Shown here piece by piece: positions 19,293 to 29,242 of a DNA stretch of 32,000 bases. Numbering within the stretch: position 1 is the stretch's first letter; each line of letters starts with the position of its first letter. A model generated the notes under the pieces. It had not been told where the DNA came from. It did no database searches and worked only from the letters and a program-made list of their open reading frames with translations. The DNA comes from Methanocaldococcus jannaschii DSM 2661 (lineage in GTDB: Archaea; AGJL01; Methanococci; Methanococcales; Methanocaldococcaceae): contig NC_000909.1 in assembly GCF_000091665.1 (NCBI RefSeq), positions 910,712-942,711 on the forward strand, read 5' to 3'. Position numbers and translations under genes: made by a program.

Positions 19293-20165
19293 ATGTTTAT
19301 GGTAAAAATAACCATACTATCACCAGAAGGAAGGAGCTGTAGTGTATGGAGTTTAAAGAATGAGATTGAAAAATTAGGAGCTAAATGCGATATATTTTTA
19401 TTATCAAGCCCAGAAAATTTGATGAGCCATGATTTTAAATTAGAAACTGACTTAATTCATTCGAGATGTGGAATAGGAGATTATTTTGATAGATTAACCC
19501 TCTACTCTTGGCAATTCATAAATGCATTGGAAGTTGAGGGCTGTAGATTTATAAATCCAATTAAAACTCTCTACCTTACATCAGACAAGTTTAAATGTAT
19601 AAAGTTACTTGCAAAGAATAAAATAAAGACACCAAAAACAGCTTTAATTAGAGATTATGAGGATGCAGTTAAATTTATTGAGAAATACAATTTAAGATTT
19701 CCAGTGGTTATAAAAAATTCTTTCTCAAAGTGTGGTTTAAAGGTATTTATGGCAAGAAATTATGATGAGTTAAAACAATTAACAAAAAATGCCATCTGGG
19801 AAGGAAAGCTTATACAGGAGTTTATTGATTTCAAAGAAAATGACTTATATAGGGATATGAGAATATTAGTTGTTGATGGAGAAGTTGTTGGTGGATACAG
19901 AAGAGTTAGTAGAGATTTTAGAACAAACCTTTATTTAGGAAATGTTGTTGAGAAACTAAATATTGATGAGGAACTTGAAGAATTAGCCTTAAAATGTGCT
20001 GATTTATCTGAGGCTGTAATCTTAGGGGTTGATATACTACCAACAAAAGACAACTATTATGTTATTGAGTTAAATTCATCCCCGGGAACTAAGGGCTTTA
20101 GAGATATAGGAATAAATGCTGATAAGAAGATAGCTGAAGCTTTAGTTAGGTATGCAAAGTCCTGA
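19293..20165 (+). CDS. cofF: RimK-type ATP-grasp glutamate ligase (recalled as CofF, gamma-F420-2:alpha-L-glutamate ligase)
   Basis: ATP-grasp pattern ('FPVVIKNSFSKCG', 'LIQEFI', 'RILVVDGEVVGGYRR', 'VIELNSSPG'). The CofF name rests on locus recall (the gene after hisS in M. jannaschii). Confidence 0.7.
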   Translation: MFMVKITILSPEGRSCSVWSLKNEIEKLGAKCDIFLLSSPENLMSHDFKLETDLIHSRCGIGDYFDRLTLYSWQFINALEVEGCRFINPIKTLYLTSDKFKCIKLLAKNKIKTPKTALIRDYEDAVKFIEKYNLRFPVVIKNSFSKCGLKVFMARNYDELKQLTKNAIWEGKLIQEFIDFKENDLYRDMRILVVDGEVVGGYRRVSRDFRTNLYLGNVVEKLNIDEELEELALKCADLSEAVILGVDILPTKDNYYVIELNSSPGTKGFRDIGINADKKIAEALVRYAKS

Positions 20166-20252
20166 AGAGACATTAAGGGGATGAAAGCTCCTTTTAATAT
20201 ATCCGTTTTGGTTATACCGAATTGAATTATGTAAAGTTGTAGTGGTGGAGGT

Positions 20253-21182
20253 ATGATAGCTAAATACATAATAAAGCATGGTTTAGAACTTGCTTATGAT
20301 ATTAAAGCAGACGCGTTTATGATATTTACTGAGACGGGGAAATCTTATGAATTACTAAAATCTTTTTTAAAAAAAGATGAACATTCAGGAATAATAAAGA
20401 TTCTTGACAAAATATCTCATAAAAATGTAAAAATAATTGTTGCAACTCCAAATCAAGTAACTTATAAAAAAATCTCTTCTGAGAATGAAGAGAATATTTA
20501 TCCAATCTTTATTAAACATAGAGAGGATAACAGATGCATGATAATAAGTAGTGGAATAGTGCATGCTCTTAAAATGAAAATATTAAAAGAAAATAACAAA
20601 ATTGTTGCAGTTGTAGGAGAGCCAAAAACTCCTGGAAAGTTGGATACAATAATGGTGGTTAATGTAAAAGAGCATGTGAAAACTATAACCCTTTATGAAC
20701 TTTTTGAAACATTGGATGAAAAACAAAAAAGAACATTAAAAGAGATTATAAAATTAGCTATGGAAATTGGAAGAGAAGGAAGAGAAGGAGAGTATGTAGG
20801 AACAATTTTTGTTATGGGGGATACCTTAAACGTTATGAGTATGTCAAAACCTTTAATATTAAATCCATTTGCTGGACACAATGCGAGCATATTTGACGAA
20901 AATGTTAAGGGGACTATAAAGGAGTTATCTTCTATTGATGGAGCATTTATAATTACTGATGAAGGTAAAGTAGTTTCAGCAGGGAGATTTTTAGAGATAA
21001 AAGGAGATGTTAATATACCAAAAGGTTTAGGAGCGAGGCATTTAGCTGCTGCAAGTATATCAAAAAATACGAATGCTATAGCTGTGACTGTTTCACAAAG
21101 TGGAGGAATAGTTAGGGTATTTAAAGATGGGAAGATAGTTTTTGAGACAGACCCAAGGGCAAATATATTATTCTTTGATTAG
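20253..21182 (+). CDS. dacZ: Diadenylate cyclase, DacZ type (PK_C-like N-domain plus DAC domain)
   Basis: C-terminal DAC motifs 'IDGAFIITDEG' and 'GLGARHLAAASIS...AVTVSQSGGIVRVF'. The N-terminal 'ADAFMIFTETGKSYELLKSF' resembles the pyruvate kinase C-terminal domain. Confidence 0.75.
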   Translation: MIAKYIIKHGLELAYDIKADAFMIFTETGKSYELLKSFLKKDEHSGIIKILDKISHKNVKIIVATPNQVTYKKISSENEENIYPIFIKHREDNRCMIISSGIVHALKMKILKENNKIVAVVGEPKTPGKLDTIMVVNVKEHVKTITLYELFETLDEKQKRTLKEIIKLAMEIGREGREGEYVGTIFVMGDTLNVMSMSKPLILNPFAGHNASIFDENVKGTIKELSSIDGAFIITDEGKVVSAGRFLEIKGDVNIPKGLGARHLAAASISKNTNAIAVTVSQSGGIVRVFKDGKIVFETDPRANILFFD

Positions 21183-21193
21183 GTTTGGTTATA

Positions 21194-21207
21194 TTTTTTG
21201 CAAAAAA
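21194..21207. promoter_or_regulatory. Perfect 14-bp palindrome TTTTTTGCAAAAAA in the hacA upstream region
   Basis: Shares the TTTTGCAAAA core found in all four TIRs of the MITE-like elements. Flanked by GGTTAT-like direct repeats (21187, 21208, 21215). Confidence 0.4.
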
Positions 21208-21283
21208 GTTATTAGGTTATTTGATAGAAAATTTGAACACCTTTCTTTGGGATGTTTTGTAAATAAAGTATTTAGGTGATAAA

Positions 21284-22546
21284 TTGACATTGGTAGAGAA
21301 GATACTATCAAAAAAAGTTGGTTATGAAGTTTGTGCAGGAGATAGCATAGAGGTTGAAGTTGATTTGGCAATGACACACGATGGAACAACACCTTTAGCA
21401 TACAAAGCTTTAAAGGAAATGAGTGATAGTGTTTGGAATCCAGATAAAATAGTCGTTGCCTTTGACCACAATGTTCCACCAAACACAGTTAAAGCTGCTG
21501 AAATGCAAAAATTAGCTTTGGAGTTTGTTAAAAGATTTGGCATTAAAAATTTCCATAAAGGTGGAGAAGGCATCTGTCATCAAATCTTAGCTGAAAATTA
21601 TGTTTTGCCAAACATGTTTGTAGCTGGTGGAGACAGCCATACATGCACACATGGAGCTTTTGGAGCTTTTGCTACTGGCTTTGGAGCTACTGATATGGCT
21701 TACATCTATGCAACAGGAGAAACATGGATTAAAGTGCCAAAAACAATTAGGGTAGATATAGTTGGAAAAAATGAAAATGTTTCTGCCAAAGATATTGTTT
21801 TAAGGGTTTGTAAGGAAATTGGGAGAAGAGGAGCAACATACATGGCTATTGAGTATGGTGGAGAGGTTGTTAAAAACATGGACATGGATGGAAGGCTAAC
21901 TTTATGCAACATGGCAATAGAGATGGGAGGAAAAACAGGAGTGATAGAGGCTGATGAAATTACTTATGATTATTTAAAGAAAGAGAGAGGACTTTCTGAT
22001 GAGGATATAGCTAAATTAAAAAAAGAGAGAATAACAGTAAATAGAGATGAAGCAAACTACTATAAGGAGATAGAAATTGACATAACAGATATGGAAGAAC
22101 AAGTTGCTGTTCCACACCACCCAGATAACGTAAAGCCAATTAGTGATGTTGAAGGGACTGAGATAAATCAAGTTTTTATTGGGAGTTGCACAAATGGAAG
22201 GTTGAGTGATTTAAGAGAAGCAGCTAAATATTTAAAAGGTAGGGAGGTTCATAAAGATGTTAAGCTAATTGTTATCCCGGCATCAAAAAAGGTATTTTTG
22301 CAAGCGTTAAAAGAGGGTATTATAGATATCTTTGTTAAAGCTGGGGCGATGATTTGCACTCCGGGATGCGGACCTTGCTTAGGAGCTCATCAAGGGGTTT
22401 TGGCTGAGGGAGAAATTTGTTTATCAACAACAAACAGAAACTTTAAAGGAAGGATGGGGCATATAAATAGCTATATTTACTTGGCATCTCCAAAGATTGC
22501 CGCAATAAGTGCAGTTAAGGGATATATAACCAACAAATTGGATTAA
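21284..22546 (+). CDS. hacA: Aconitase-family dehydratase large subunit (recalled as methanogen homoaconitase HacA)
   Basis: 'GGDSHT', 'IGSCTNGR' and 'PGCGPCLG' are the Fe-S ligand motifs. TTG start with SD 'aggtga'. Homoaconitase versus LeuC is assigned from locus recall only. Confidence 0.8.
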   Translation: MTLVEKILSKKVGYEVCAGDSIEVEVDLAMTHDGTTPLAYKALKEMSDSVWNPDKIVVAFDHNVPPNTVKAAEMQKLALEFVKRFGIKNFHKGGEGICHQILAENYVLPNMFVAGGDSHTCTHGAFGAFATGFGATDMAYIYATGETWIKVPKTIRVDIVGKNENVSAKDIVLRVCKEIGRRGATYMAIEYGGEVVKNMDMDGRLTLCNMAIEMGGKTGVIEADEITYDYLKKERGLSDEDIAKLKKERITVNRDEANYYKEIEIDITDMEEQVAVPHHPDNVKPISDVEGTEINQVFIGSCTNGRLSDLREAAKYLKGREVHKDVKLIVIPASKKVFLQALKEGIIDIFVKAGAMICTPGCGPCLGAHQGVLAEGEICLSTTNRNFKGRMGHINSYIYLASPKIAAISAVKGYITNKLD

Positions 22547-22636
22547 TGGAATAGGTATTAAAATTCCTAAAGAGATAGAAATAAAAACATTAAGCAAGTA
22601 TAATATTATTTTATCATAAATATTCTTTGTGATACT

Positions 22637-23281
22637 ATGAAAGTTAGGGATTTAATGGATAAGAATTTTGCCAAGATATATGTAGATGAGACTGTTGAAG
22701 ATGCTATAAATCTATTAAAAAAGAAGAAGAGATTCTCTGCCCCAATTGTTGATAAAGAGGATAGATTAGTTGGATGGGTAACTACATTGGAGTTATTAGG
22801 AATTTCAGAGAAAGATTTTAAAAAGCCTATAACAGAGTTTATGAGGCCTGTTGAAGAAGTTATAACTGTCTATGAAGATGATGAGGCAAGGAATGTAGTT
22901 TTAAAATTCGTTAAGTATAAGGTTGTTAGCATTCCTGTATTAACAAGAGATGGTAGAGTTATTGGAATGGTTAGGAACTGTGATGTTGTCAAAACATTAG
23001 CTAAGCTCTATGAAATCCCAGTGTATAAGATATTTAAGGAATTGCATAATCACATTGGAGATATAAGCTGGGAGGAGTTGATGGAAGCAGCTGCAGTTGT
23101 AACAAAGAGAATGACTGGAGAAGATATAACGCCACAAGAGTATGAGGAGAGGATTAAAAAAACAACCTTTGGAAAGGCTATTTGGGCTTGTGGTGGTTTA
23201 GAAAAGTTCTTTGTTGGACTTATTGAGATAGGTATGGTTGCTTTGGCAAGAAAATTAGCAAAAAGAAGGAAAGGGGGTTGA
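22637..23281 (+). CDS. CBS-domain pair protein with a helical C-terminal extension
   Basis: Two CBS-like repeats ('APIVDKEDRLVGWVT', 'IPVLTRDGRVIGMVR'). Its TGA abuts the next gene's ATG. Confidence 0.75.
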   Translation: MKVRDLMDKNFAKIYVDETVEDAINLLKKKKRFSAPIVDKEDRLVGWVTTLELLGISEKDFKKPITEFMRPVEEVITVYEDDEARNVVLKFVKYKVVSIPVLTRDGRVIGMVRNCDVVKTLAKLYEIPVYKIFKELHNHIGDISWEELMEAAAVVTKRMTGEDITPQEYEERIKKTTFGKAIWACGGLEKFFVGLIEIGMVALARKLAKRRKGG

Positions 23282-23677
23282 ATGAGGATAGAAGATGAGA
23301 TAAAAAACATAATAGAAAAGAAAGATTATGATTTCTGGGAGTTTTTAAAAAAGGCCTATGAAAATAACATAAAGTTAGATATTGGGCATTTCATCCTTTT
23401 AAATATTCTTATTGGTGTTAATGATTTATATCATAAGCTATCTGAGAAGTTTGGGGAAGAAGAAGCAAGAAAAATTTTAGAGAGAAATAAAATATTTGCC
23501 AAAAACTCTGATTTTATATCTGGAGAATTTTTAAAAGATTATATTGATAGGAAGAGCAGAGTAGCAGTGCATAACAGAATAAAGGATTTAAAAACTCTTG
23601 GCTTTAAAATAGAGAGTAAGTCTGGGCCATTTGGTGGGTATAAGATAGTTGGCTATCCAGAATGGTTTAAGAAATAG
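23282..23677 (+). CDS. Small protein with a C-terminal winged-HTH (HTH_11/BirA-like)
   Basis: 'SRVAVHNRIKDLKTLGFKIESKSGPFGGYKIVG' resembles the recognition helix plus 'G.GGY.L' wing of HTH_11 regulators. Confidence 0.55.
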   Translation: MRIEDEIKNIIEKKDYDFWEFLKKAYENNIKLDIGHFILLNILIGVNDLYHKLSEKFGEEEARKILERNKIFAKNSDFISGEFLKDYIDRKSRVAVHNRIKDLKTLGFKIESKSGPFGGYKIVGYPEWFKK

Positions 23678-23699
23678 GATTCTTTTTTTGGTGATTTTT

Positions 23700-24728
23700 A
23701 TGAAATTTTATAATCGAGAGAAAGAATTAAATTATCTAAAAAATTATGTCCAATTAGAGCCTAACTCTATACTTTTTGTTTATGGTCCTAAATCTTCTGG
23801 TAAATCTACGGTAATGCTTAGGGTTATTGAAGAATTATCTAAAAAAGATGATTTGGTGTTTTTTTATTATGATTTGAGAGAATATGCTACACCAACAAAG
23901 GAAGAGTTTTTGGAAATATTTTTTGAAAAAGGAGATAAAAAGTATCTTCTAAATAGATTTGAAATTAACTTAAAAATATTTAAGTTTGGTATTGAAGAGA
24001 AATTTGATTTCGATAATATAAAGTTAAATGATGTCTTTAGCAAGATGAAAGAGAGTATTAATGCAGTTATTAAAGATGGAAAGAAACCAATTTTAATAAT
24101 AGATGAATTGCAGAAGTTAAAGAGTATATACTTCAATGGAGAGGGTAAGGGAGATAAATCTTTGTTGAATGAATTGTTTAATTTATTTGTGCATTTAACT
24201 AAAGTAAGACATCTATGTCATGTTATTTGTTTAACTTCTGATACTTTATTTATAGAGGAAATCTATAGAAACTCTACTTTAGAAAATACCTCTGAATATT
24301 ATTTAATTGATTGGTTAAGAAAAGAAAGTATTAGAAATATCTTAAAAGAAGAGGGTTTTAGTGAGGAGGAGGTTGATTACTGCTTAAAATATTTATCTCT
24401 ACCTTATGAAATTTCTCAATTAATAAACAATAAAAAACTTGGCTTATCTGTTGAACAAACTATAAAGCAGTGGATTAATATTGAGAGGGACAAAATCTTA
24501 TATTTAATTTCTACTCAAAAGGAGTTTGAGATGGGAAAATTAATTGATGCCTTAAAATTATTTGAGAACAAAATAAAAGTTGATATTAAAGAGATTATAA
24601 GAGATAATCTTATGGATGAAGTTAAATTTTTAATTAAAAATGAGATACTGTTTTATGATGTGATGAACGGTATAATCAAGCCAACCTCTGTAAAGAAGTG
24701 GTATGCCATAAAAGAAGTTATAGAATGA
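23700..24728 (+). CDS. Archaeal AAA+ ATPase (Arch_ATPase-type) with a C-terminal wHTH-like tail
   Basis: Walker A 'GPKSSGKST', Walker B 'LIIDELQ', and 'HLCHVICLTSD'. The ATG at 23700 has SD 'ggtga' 5 nt upstream. The N-terminus 'MKFYNRE' parallels the paralog at 29243-30367. Confidence 0.75.
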   Translation: MKFYNREKELNYLKNYVQLEPNSILFVYGPKSSGKSTVMLRVIEELSKKDDLVFFYYDLREYATPTKEEFLEIFFEKGDKKYLLNRFEINLKIFKFGIEEKFDFDNIKLNDVFSKMKESINAVIKDGKKPILIIDELQKLKSIYFNGEGKGDKSLLNELFNLFVHLTKVRHLCHVICLTSDTLFIEEIYRNSTLENTSEYYLIDWLRKESIRNILKEEGFSEEEVDYCLKYLSLPYEISQLINNKKLGLSVEQTIKQWINIERDKILYLISTQKEFEMGKLIDALKLFENKIKVDIKEIIRDNLMDEVKFLIKNEILFYDVMNGIIKPTSVKKWYAIKEVIE

Positions 24729-24829
24729 GATTTATAAATTTACAAATATGTATTAGAGAGTTATTTATTTAAACCTCAACTATTTTTATTAAATTAAAAA
24801 CTCTTCAAAAGATTTGACGGTGATTCATA

Positions 24830-27466
24830 ATGGAGATGCCAAAGGATTACAATATAGAGATTGAGAAACAGATACAAAAAAAGTGGGAAGAAAGTAAGAT
24901 TTACAAATTTGATGAAGAGAGCAATAAGCCACCATATATTATAGATACACCACCACCATACCCAACTGGTAGATTACACTTAGGACATGCATTAAACTGG
25001 ACTTACATGGATATAATAGCAAGATACAAGAGGATGAAGGGCTTTAACGTTCTCTTCCCGCAAGGTTGGGACTGTCATGGACTGCCAACAGAGGTTAAGG
25101 TTGAAGAAATCCATGGCATAACAAAGTCAGATGTTGATAGACATAAATTTAGAGAGCTTTGCATTGAATTAACAAAAGAAAACATTGAAAAAATGAGAAG
25201 ACAGATAAAATCCTTAGGAATTTCTATTGATTGGGATAAAGAGTATATAACAATGACTCCAGAGTATATTAAAAAATCCCAAACTGCCTTTGTTAGAATG
25301 TATAAAGATGGATTAATTTACAGAGGAAAATTCCCAGTAAATTGGTGTCCAAGATGTCAAACAGCTATTGCATTTGCTGAAGTTGAGTATAAAGAGAGAG
25401 AAAGCAAATTGAATTATATAAAATTCCCTGCTGCTGATGGAGAAGGGCATTTGTTGATAGCAACAACAAGACCTGAACTTATGGCTGCGTGTGTTGCTAT
25501 CTTAGTTCATCCAGAGGATGAAAGATATAAGCATTTAATTGGAAAAGAGTTTATAGTCCCATTGTTTGGGCATAAGGTTAAGTTATTGGCTGATGAGGAT
25601 GTTGAGAAGGAGTTTGGTACTGGAGCAGTTATGGTTTGTACATTTGGGGATAAGACAGACGTTTTGTGGGTTAATAGGCATAAATTGGAGATTAAGAAAG
25701 CAATTGATGAGAAGGGAGAGCTAACAGAGATAGCTGGAAAGTATAAAGGGCTAAAAACAGAGGAAGCAAGAGAGAAGATTATTGAGGATTTAAAGAAAGA
25801 GGGCTATTTAGTTAAGCAAGAGCCAATAAAACAGAATGTTGGTGTTTGTTGGAGATGTAAAACACCAATTGAAATTATCGTTACTGAGCAGTGGTTTGTT
25901 AATGTTAGAAAACTCATCCCAAAGGTTAGAGAAGTAGCTGATGAAATTAAGTGGATTCCAGAGCACATGAAAATTAGATTGTTGAATTGGATTGAAGATA
26001 TGGATTGGGACTGGGTTATAAGTAGGCAGAGAATCTTTGCCACACCAATCCCAGTTTGGTATTGTCCAAAGTGTGGAAATGTGGTTGTTGCTAAAGAAGA
26101 AGATTTACCAATAGACCCAACTAAAACAGGTTATGTTTGTGATAAGTGCGGCAATAAAGACTTAATCCCAGAGACAGATGTTTTAGATACATGGATGGAC
26201 TCTTCAATAACACCAATGGTTATAACAAAGTGGTTAGATGATGATAAATTCTTTGAGAAGCATTATCCTGTCCAATTAAGACCACAGGGGCATGACATAA
26301 TTAGAACATGGGCTTTCTATACAATTGTCAAGTCAGTAGCTTTGACTGGTAAAAAGCCATGGGATGAGATTGTTATAAACGGAATGGTGTTTGGAGAAGA
26401 TGGACATAAGATGAGTAAGAGTAGGGGAAATGTTGTAGAGCCAGATGAAATTATAGCTAAGTATGGAGCAGATGCCTTAAGATTGTGGGCAAGTAATAGT
26501 GTTGTTGGAGATGATGTCCAATTCTTATGGAAAGAGGTTGATTACGGCTATAGATTCTTAAGAAAGTCCTGGAATGCTTGTAGATTTGCTAAGATGCATA
26601 TAAGTGATGACATTATTGATGAGCTAAAAAAACCAATGGAAATTAGCAACCCAATTGATTTATGGATTTTGAGTAAATTGCAGAGATTAATTGAGAGGGT
26701 TGATAAGGACTTAGAGAATTATAGGTTTAATACAATAGTTGAAATCTATAAGTTTGTTTGGCATGAGTTCTGTGATAACTACATAGAGATGGTTAAATAT
26801 CGATTGTATGGAGATGATGAAGAGGCAAAGAAAGAAGCAAGATGGACATTATACTATGTAATTGACAAGGTTGTTAGATTGCTATGCCCATTTGCACCAC
26901 ACTTCTCAGATTACATAGCTGAGATTTATAAGATAGATAATCTCCACTTCTCATTTCCAGAAGTTGATAATAGATTTATAAATGAAGAGGCAGAGAAATT
27001 TGGGGAAATAGCTAAAAATACAGTCATTTCAATTAGAAGATTTAAGGCAAATTCAGGAATGGCTTTAAATGCTCCATTAAAATACGTTGAAATTTATACA
27101 GAGGATGAAGAGACTTATTTAGCTTTAAATAAAACAGCCGAGGATATTAAAGGGACATTGAAGATTGAAGAGCTTAAAATAATCAAAGGAAAACCAGCCC
27201 TTGAATCAAAGATTGTTGAAATAATTCCTGATAAATCAAAGATAGGGCCAGAGTTTAAAAAGAATGCAAAGGCGGTTATGGATTTAATTAAGAATGCTGA
27301 TGAAGAGACACTTGAAAAAATCATTAACGAAGGTTTAGAAACAGAGTATGGAGTTATTAGAAAAGAACACATTAAAGATGTTAAAAGAGCTTTATTCTGC
27401 GAAGGAGAGGAAGTAGATTCAGTTGATATTGAGGGAGTTTTAGCAATGGCAATAATTAGGAAATAA
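24830..27466 (+). CDS. valS: Valyl-tRNA synthetase
   Basis: Class I motifs 'HLGH' ([11 protein letters not shown]) and 'KMSKS', plus a zinc-ribbon-containing editing and anticodon-binding architecture. 878 aa. Confidence 0.95.
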   Translation: MEMPKDYNIEIEKQIQKKWEESKIYKFDEESNKPPYIIDTPPPYPTGRLHLGHALNWTYMDIIARYKRMKGFNVLFPQGWDCHGLPTEVKVEEIHGITKSDVDRHKFRELCIELTKENIEKMRRQIKSLGISIDWDKEYITMTPEYIKKSQTAFVRMYKDGLIYRGKFPVNWCPRCQTAIAFAEVEYKERESKLNYIKFPAADGEGHLLIATTRPELMAACVAILVHPEDERYKHLIGKEFIVPLFGHKVKLLADEDVEKEFGTGAVMVCTFGDKTDVLWVNRHKLEIKKAIDEKGELTEIAGKYKGLKTEEAREKIIEDLKKEGYLVKQEPIKQNVGVCWRCKTPIEIIVTEQWFVNVRKLIPKVREVADEIKWIPEHMKIRLLNWIEDMDWDWVISRQRIFATPIPVWYCPKCGNVVVAKEEDLPIDPTKTGYVCDKCGNKDLIPETDVLDTWMDSSITPMVITKWLDDDKFFEKHYPVQLRPQGHDIIRTWAFYTIVKSVALTGKKPWDEIVINGMVFGEDGHKMSKSRGNVVEPDEIIAKYGADALRLWASNSVVGDDVQFLWKEVDYGYRFLRKSWNACRFAKMHISDDIIDELKKPMEISNPIDLWILSKLQRLIERVDKDLENYRFNTIVEIYKFVWHEFCDNYIEMVKYRLYGDDEEAKKEARWTLYYVIDKVVRLLCPFAPHFSDYIAEIYKIDNLHFSFPEVDNRFINEEAEKFGEIAKNTVISIRRFKANSGMALNAPLKYVEIYTEDEETYLALNKTAEDIKGTLKIEELKIIKGKPALESKIVEIIPDKSKIGPEFKKNAKAVMDLIKNADEETLEKIINEGLETEYGVIRKEHIKDVKRALFCEGEEVDSVDIEGVLAMAIIRK

Positions 27467-27513
27467 ATGGATAAAATAAAAAAATAAATTGAATTTTTTA
27501 ACTTTTTTATTTT
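27467..27513. terminator. Shared oligo-T termination region between convergent valS and ilvE
   Basis: T6 runs on the plus strand at 27494-27499, 27503-27508 and 27510-27515. An A7 run at 27478-27484 gives T7 on the minus strand. Archaeal terminators are oligo-T tracts. Confidence 0.35.
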
Positions 27514-28380
27514 TTATTCATCATAAACCTTTATTCCCCATTTGGTTCTAATATCTTTAAACTTCTCTTTTAATTTTTTAGTGATTTCTCCAACTTGTTT
27601 ATTATTTATTACTCTACCATCTATCTCAAAAACAGGGACTATTTCAGCAGCTGTTCCAGTGATAAATAGTTCATCGGCAGTGTATAAGTCATGTAAAGTT
27701 AAAGGTTCTTCAACAACCTCTATTCCTTCTTCCTTAGCTAATTTTATGACAACATCCCTTGTGATTCCTTTTAAGATACTCTGATAAACTGGGGGAGTTT
27801 TTAAAACTCCATTTTTAACTATAAATATGTTATCTCCAGTTCCTTCAACAACAAAACCTTTATCATCCAATAAAAATGCCTCATCAACTCCAGCATAGTT
27901 TGCCTGAATCTTTGCTAAGACGCTGTTTAAGTAGTTGAGGGATTTAACTGCTGGATTCAAAACATCTACTGGCAGTCTTCTAACTGAAACGGTTATAGCC
28001 CTGATTCCATCCTCCCCTAATAAAGGAGGCATAGGAATTGCTATACAGAAAATAGTTGGCTTTCCACACTTTCTTGGGTCTAACCCTAAATCACCAACTC
28101 CTCTTGTAACAACTAATCTTATATATGCATCTCTCAGATTATTAACTCTCAATGTCTCTAAAACAACATCAATCATCTCTTCTTTTGTTAGTGGGATATC
28201 TATACAGAGAGATTTTGCTGAATCATACAATCTGTCTATATGCTCCTTCAACATAAAAACAACGCCATCATAAGCCCTAATTCCTTCAAAAACTCCATCT
28301 CCATATAATAAACCGTGGTCAAACACAGAAACCTTTGCATCTTTTTCATCAACAAACTTTCCGTTTAAGTAGATTTTCAT
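27514..28380 (-). CDS. ilvE: Branched-chain amino acid aminotransferase (class IV)
   Basis: 'GVFEGIRAY', 'VKSLNYLNSVLA' (PLP lysine region) and 'GITR' are typical of IlvE. Confidence 0.9.
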   Translation of the reverse strand: MKIYLNGKFVDEKDAKVSVFDHGLLYGDGVFEGIRAYDGVVFMLKEHIDRLYDSAKSLCIDIPLTKEEMIDVVLETLRVNNLRDAYIRLVVTRGVGDLGLDPRKCGKPTIFCIAIPMPPLLGEDGIRAITVSVRRLPVDVLNPAVKSLNYLNSVLAKIQANYAGVDEAFLLDDKGFVVEGTGDNIFIVKNGVLKTPPVYQSILKGITRDVVIKLAKEEGIEVVEEPLTLHDLYTADELFITGTAAEIVPVFEIDGRVINNKQVGEITKKLKEKFKDIRTKWGIKVYDE

Positions 28381-28480
28381 AAGACCACCTTTGTTAAATT
28401 GTCAAAATAAAAATAAAATGAATATTTAATATATAAAATTGTCTATTTGCAAAAAATAAAAATAGAGTCTATTCACTTAT

Positions 28481-29191
28481 TTAGTCATTTATTTGATCTA
28501 TATTCTTTTCTATATCTTTTTCTTTTTTTAATTCTTCTTCTATCTCTTCCTCTTTTATCCTCTCCCCAGTAATCATATAAACAATCCTATCTCCTATTGA
28601 AGCAACAATATTTCCACTTCTTTCTAAATATTTACCAGCGAATATTATTTCAGTGTAAAGAGTTAGATTTTTAGGGTTTTCAATGATTTTACTAATCATA
28701 CTTCTATATAGTTGCTCATACAAATCATCTAACCTTTTATCCATATTATAGACATCTCTTGCTAAACTCTCATCTCTTGTTTTAAACGCAATCATTGCAT
28801 TTTTTAACATATTTATTAAATAATCTTTCATAACAATAAGAAGTTCATTCTTTCTATTACCCTCAACATCTGACTTTAACAAAATTTTGCAAATCTTTGA
28901 TGCATTGTCTCCAACTTTTTCCAATTTTGAAGATATTTTAATAGCAGTCATTAACTCCCTTAAATCTCCTGAAACAGGTTGATATAAAGCAATTGCCTTA
29001 ATACATTTTTCCTCTATTTTCATCTCCATCAAATCAATGGTAGTGTCTCTTTTTCTAACTTGTTTAGCCAACTCTCTATCACTTTCAATAAATGCCTTCA
29101 CTGCATTTTCAGTTTGTTCTGCACAAAGTTCAGCCATCTCTATTAAATCGTTTTCAACTTCTTTAAGTATTTCTTCAAACTTTTTTGGCAT
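28481..29191 (-). CDS. phoU: Phosphate uptake regulator PhoU (intact copy)
   Basis: 236 aa with two PhoU repeats ('[28 protein letters not shown]', '[22 protein letters not shown]'). Confidence 0.85.
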
Positions 29192-29242
29192 AATTTCCCT
29201 CCATATAATTTTTTGGCAATATAAAAGTAAAATAAAGTATAG

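Noticed and set aside
21189-21482. 97-aa minus-strand ORF overlapping the hacA start and promoter
   Set aside because: It is antisense to the conserved N-terminus of an aconitase-family protein, has no motifs, and is probably spurious.
28441-28470. 'gtctatttgcaaaaaataaaaatagagtc', a partial TTTGCAAA core with a 7-bp inverted repeat between ilvE and phoU
   Set aside because: It contains only an 8-bp version of the core and has no paired TIR. It may be a degenerate relic or chance, and there is not enough support to call it an element.
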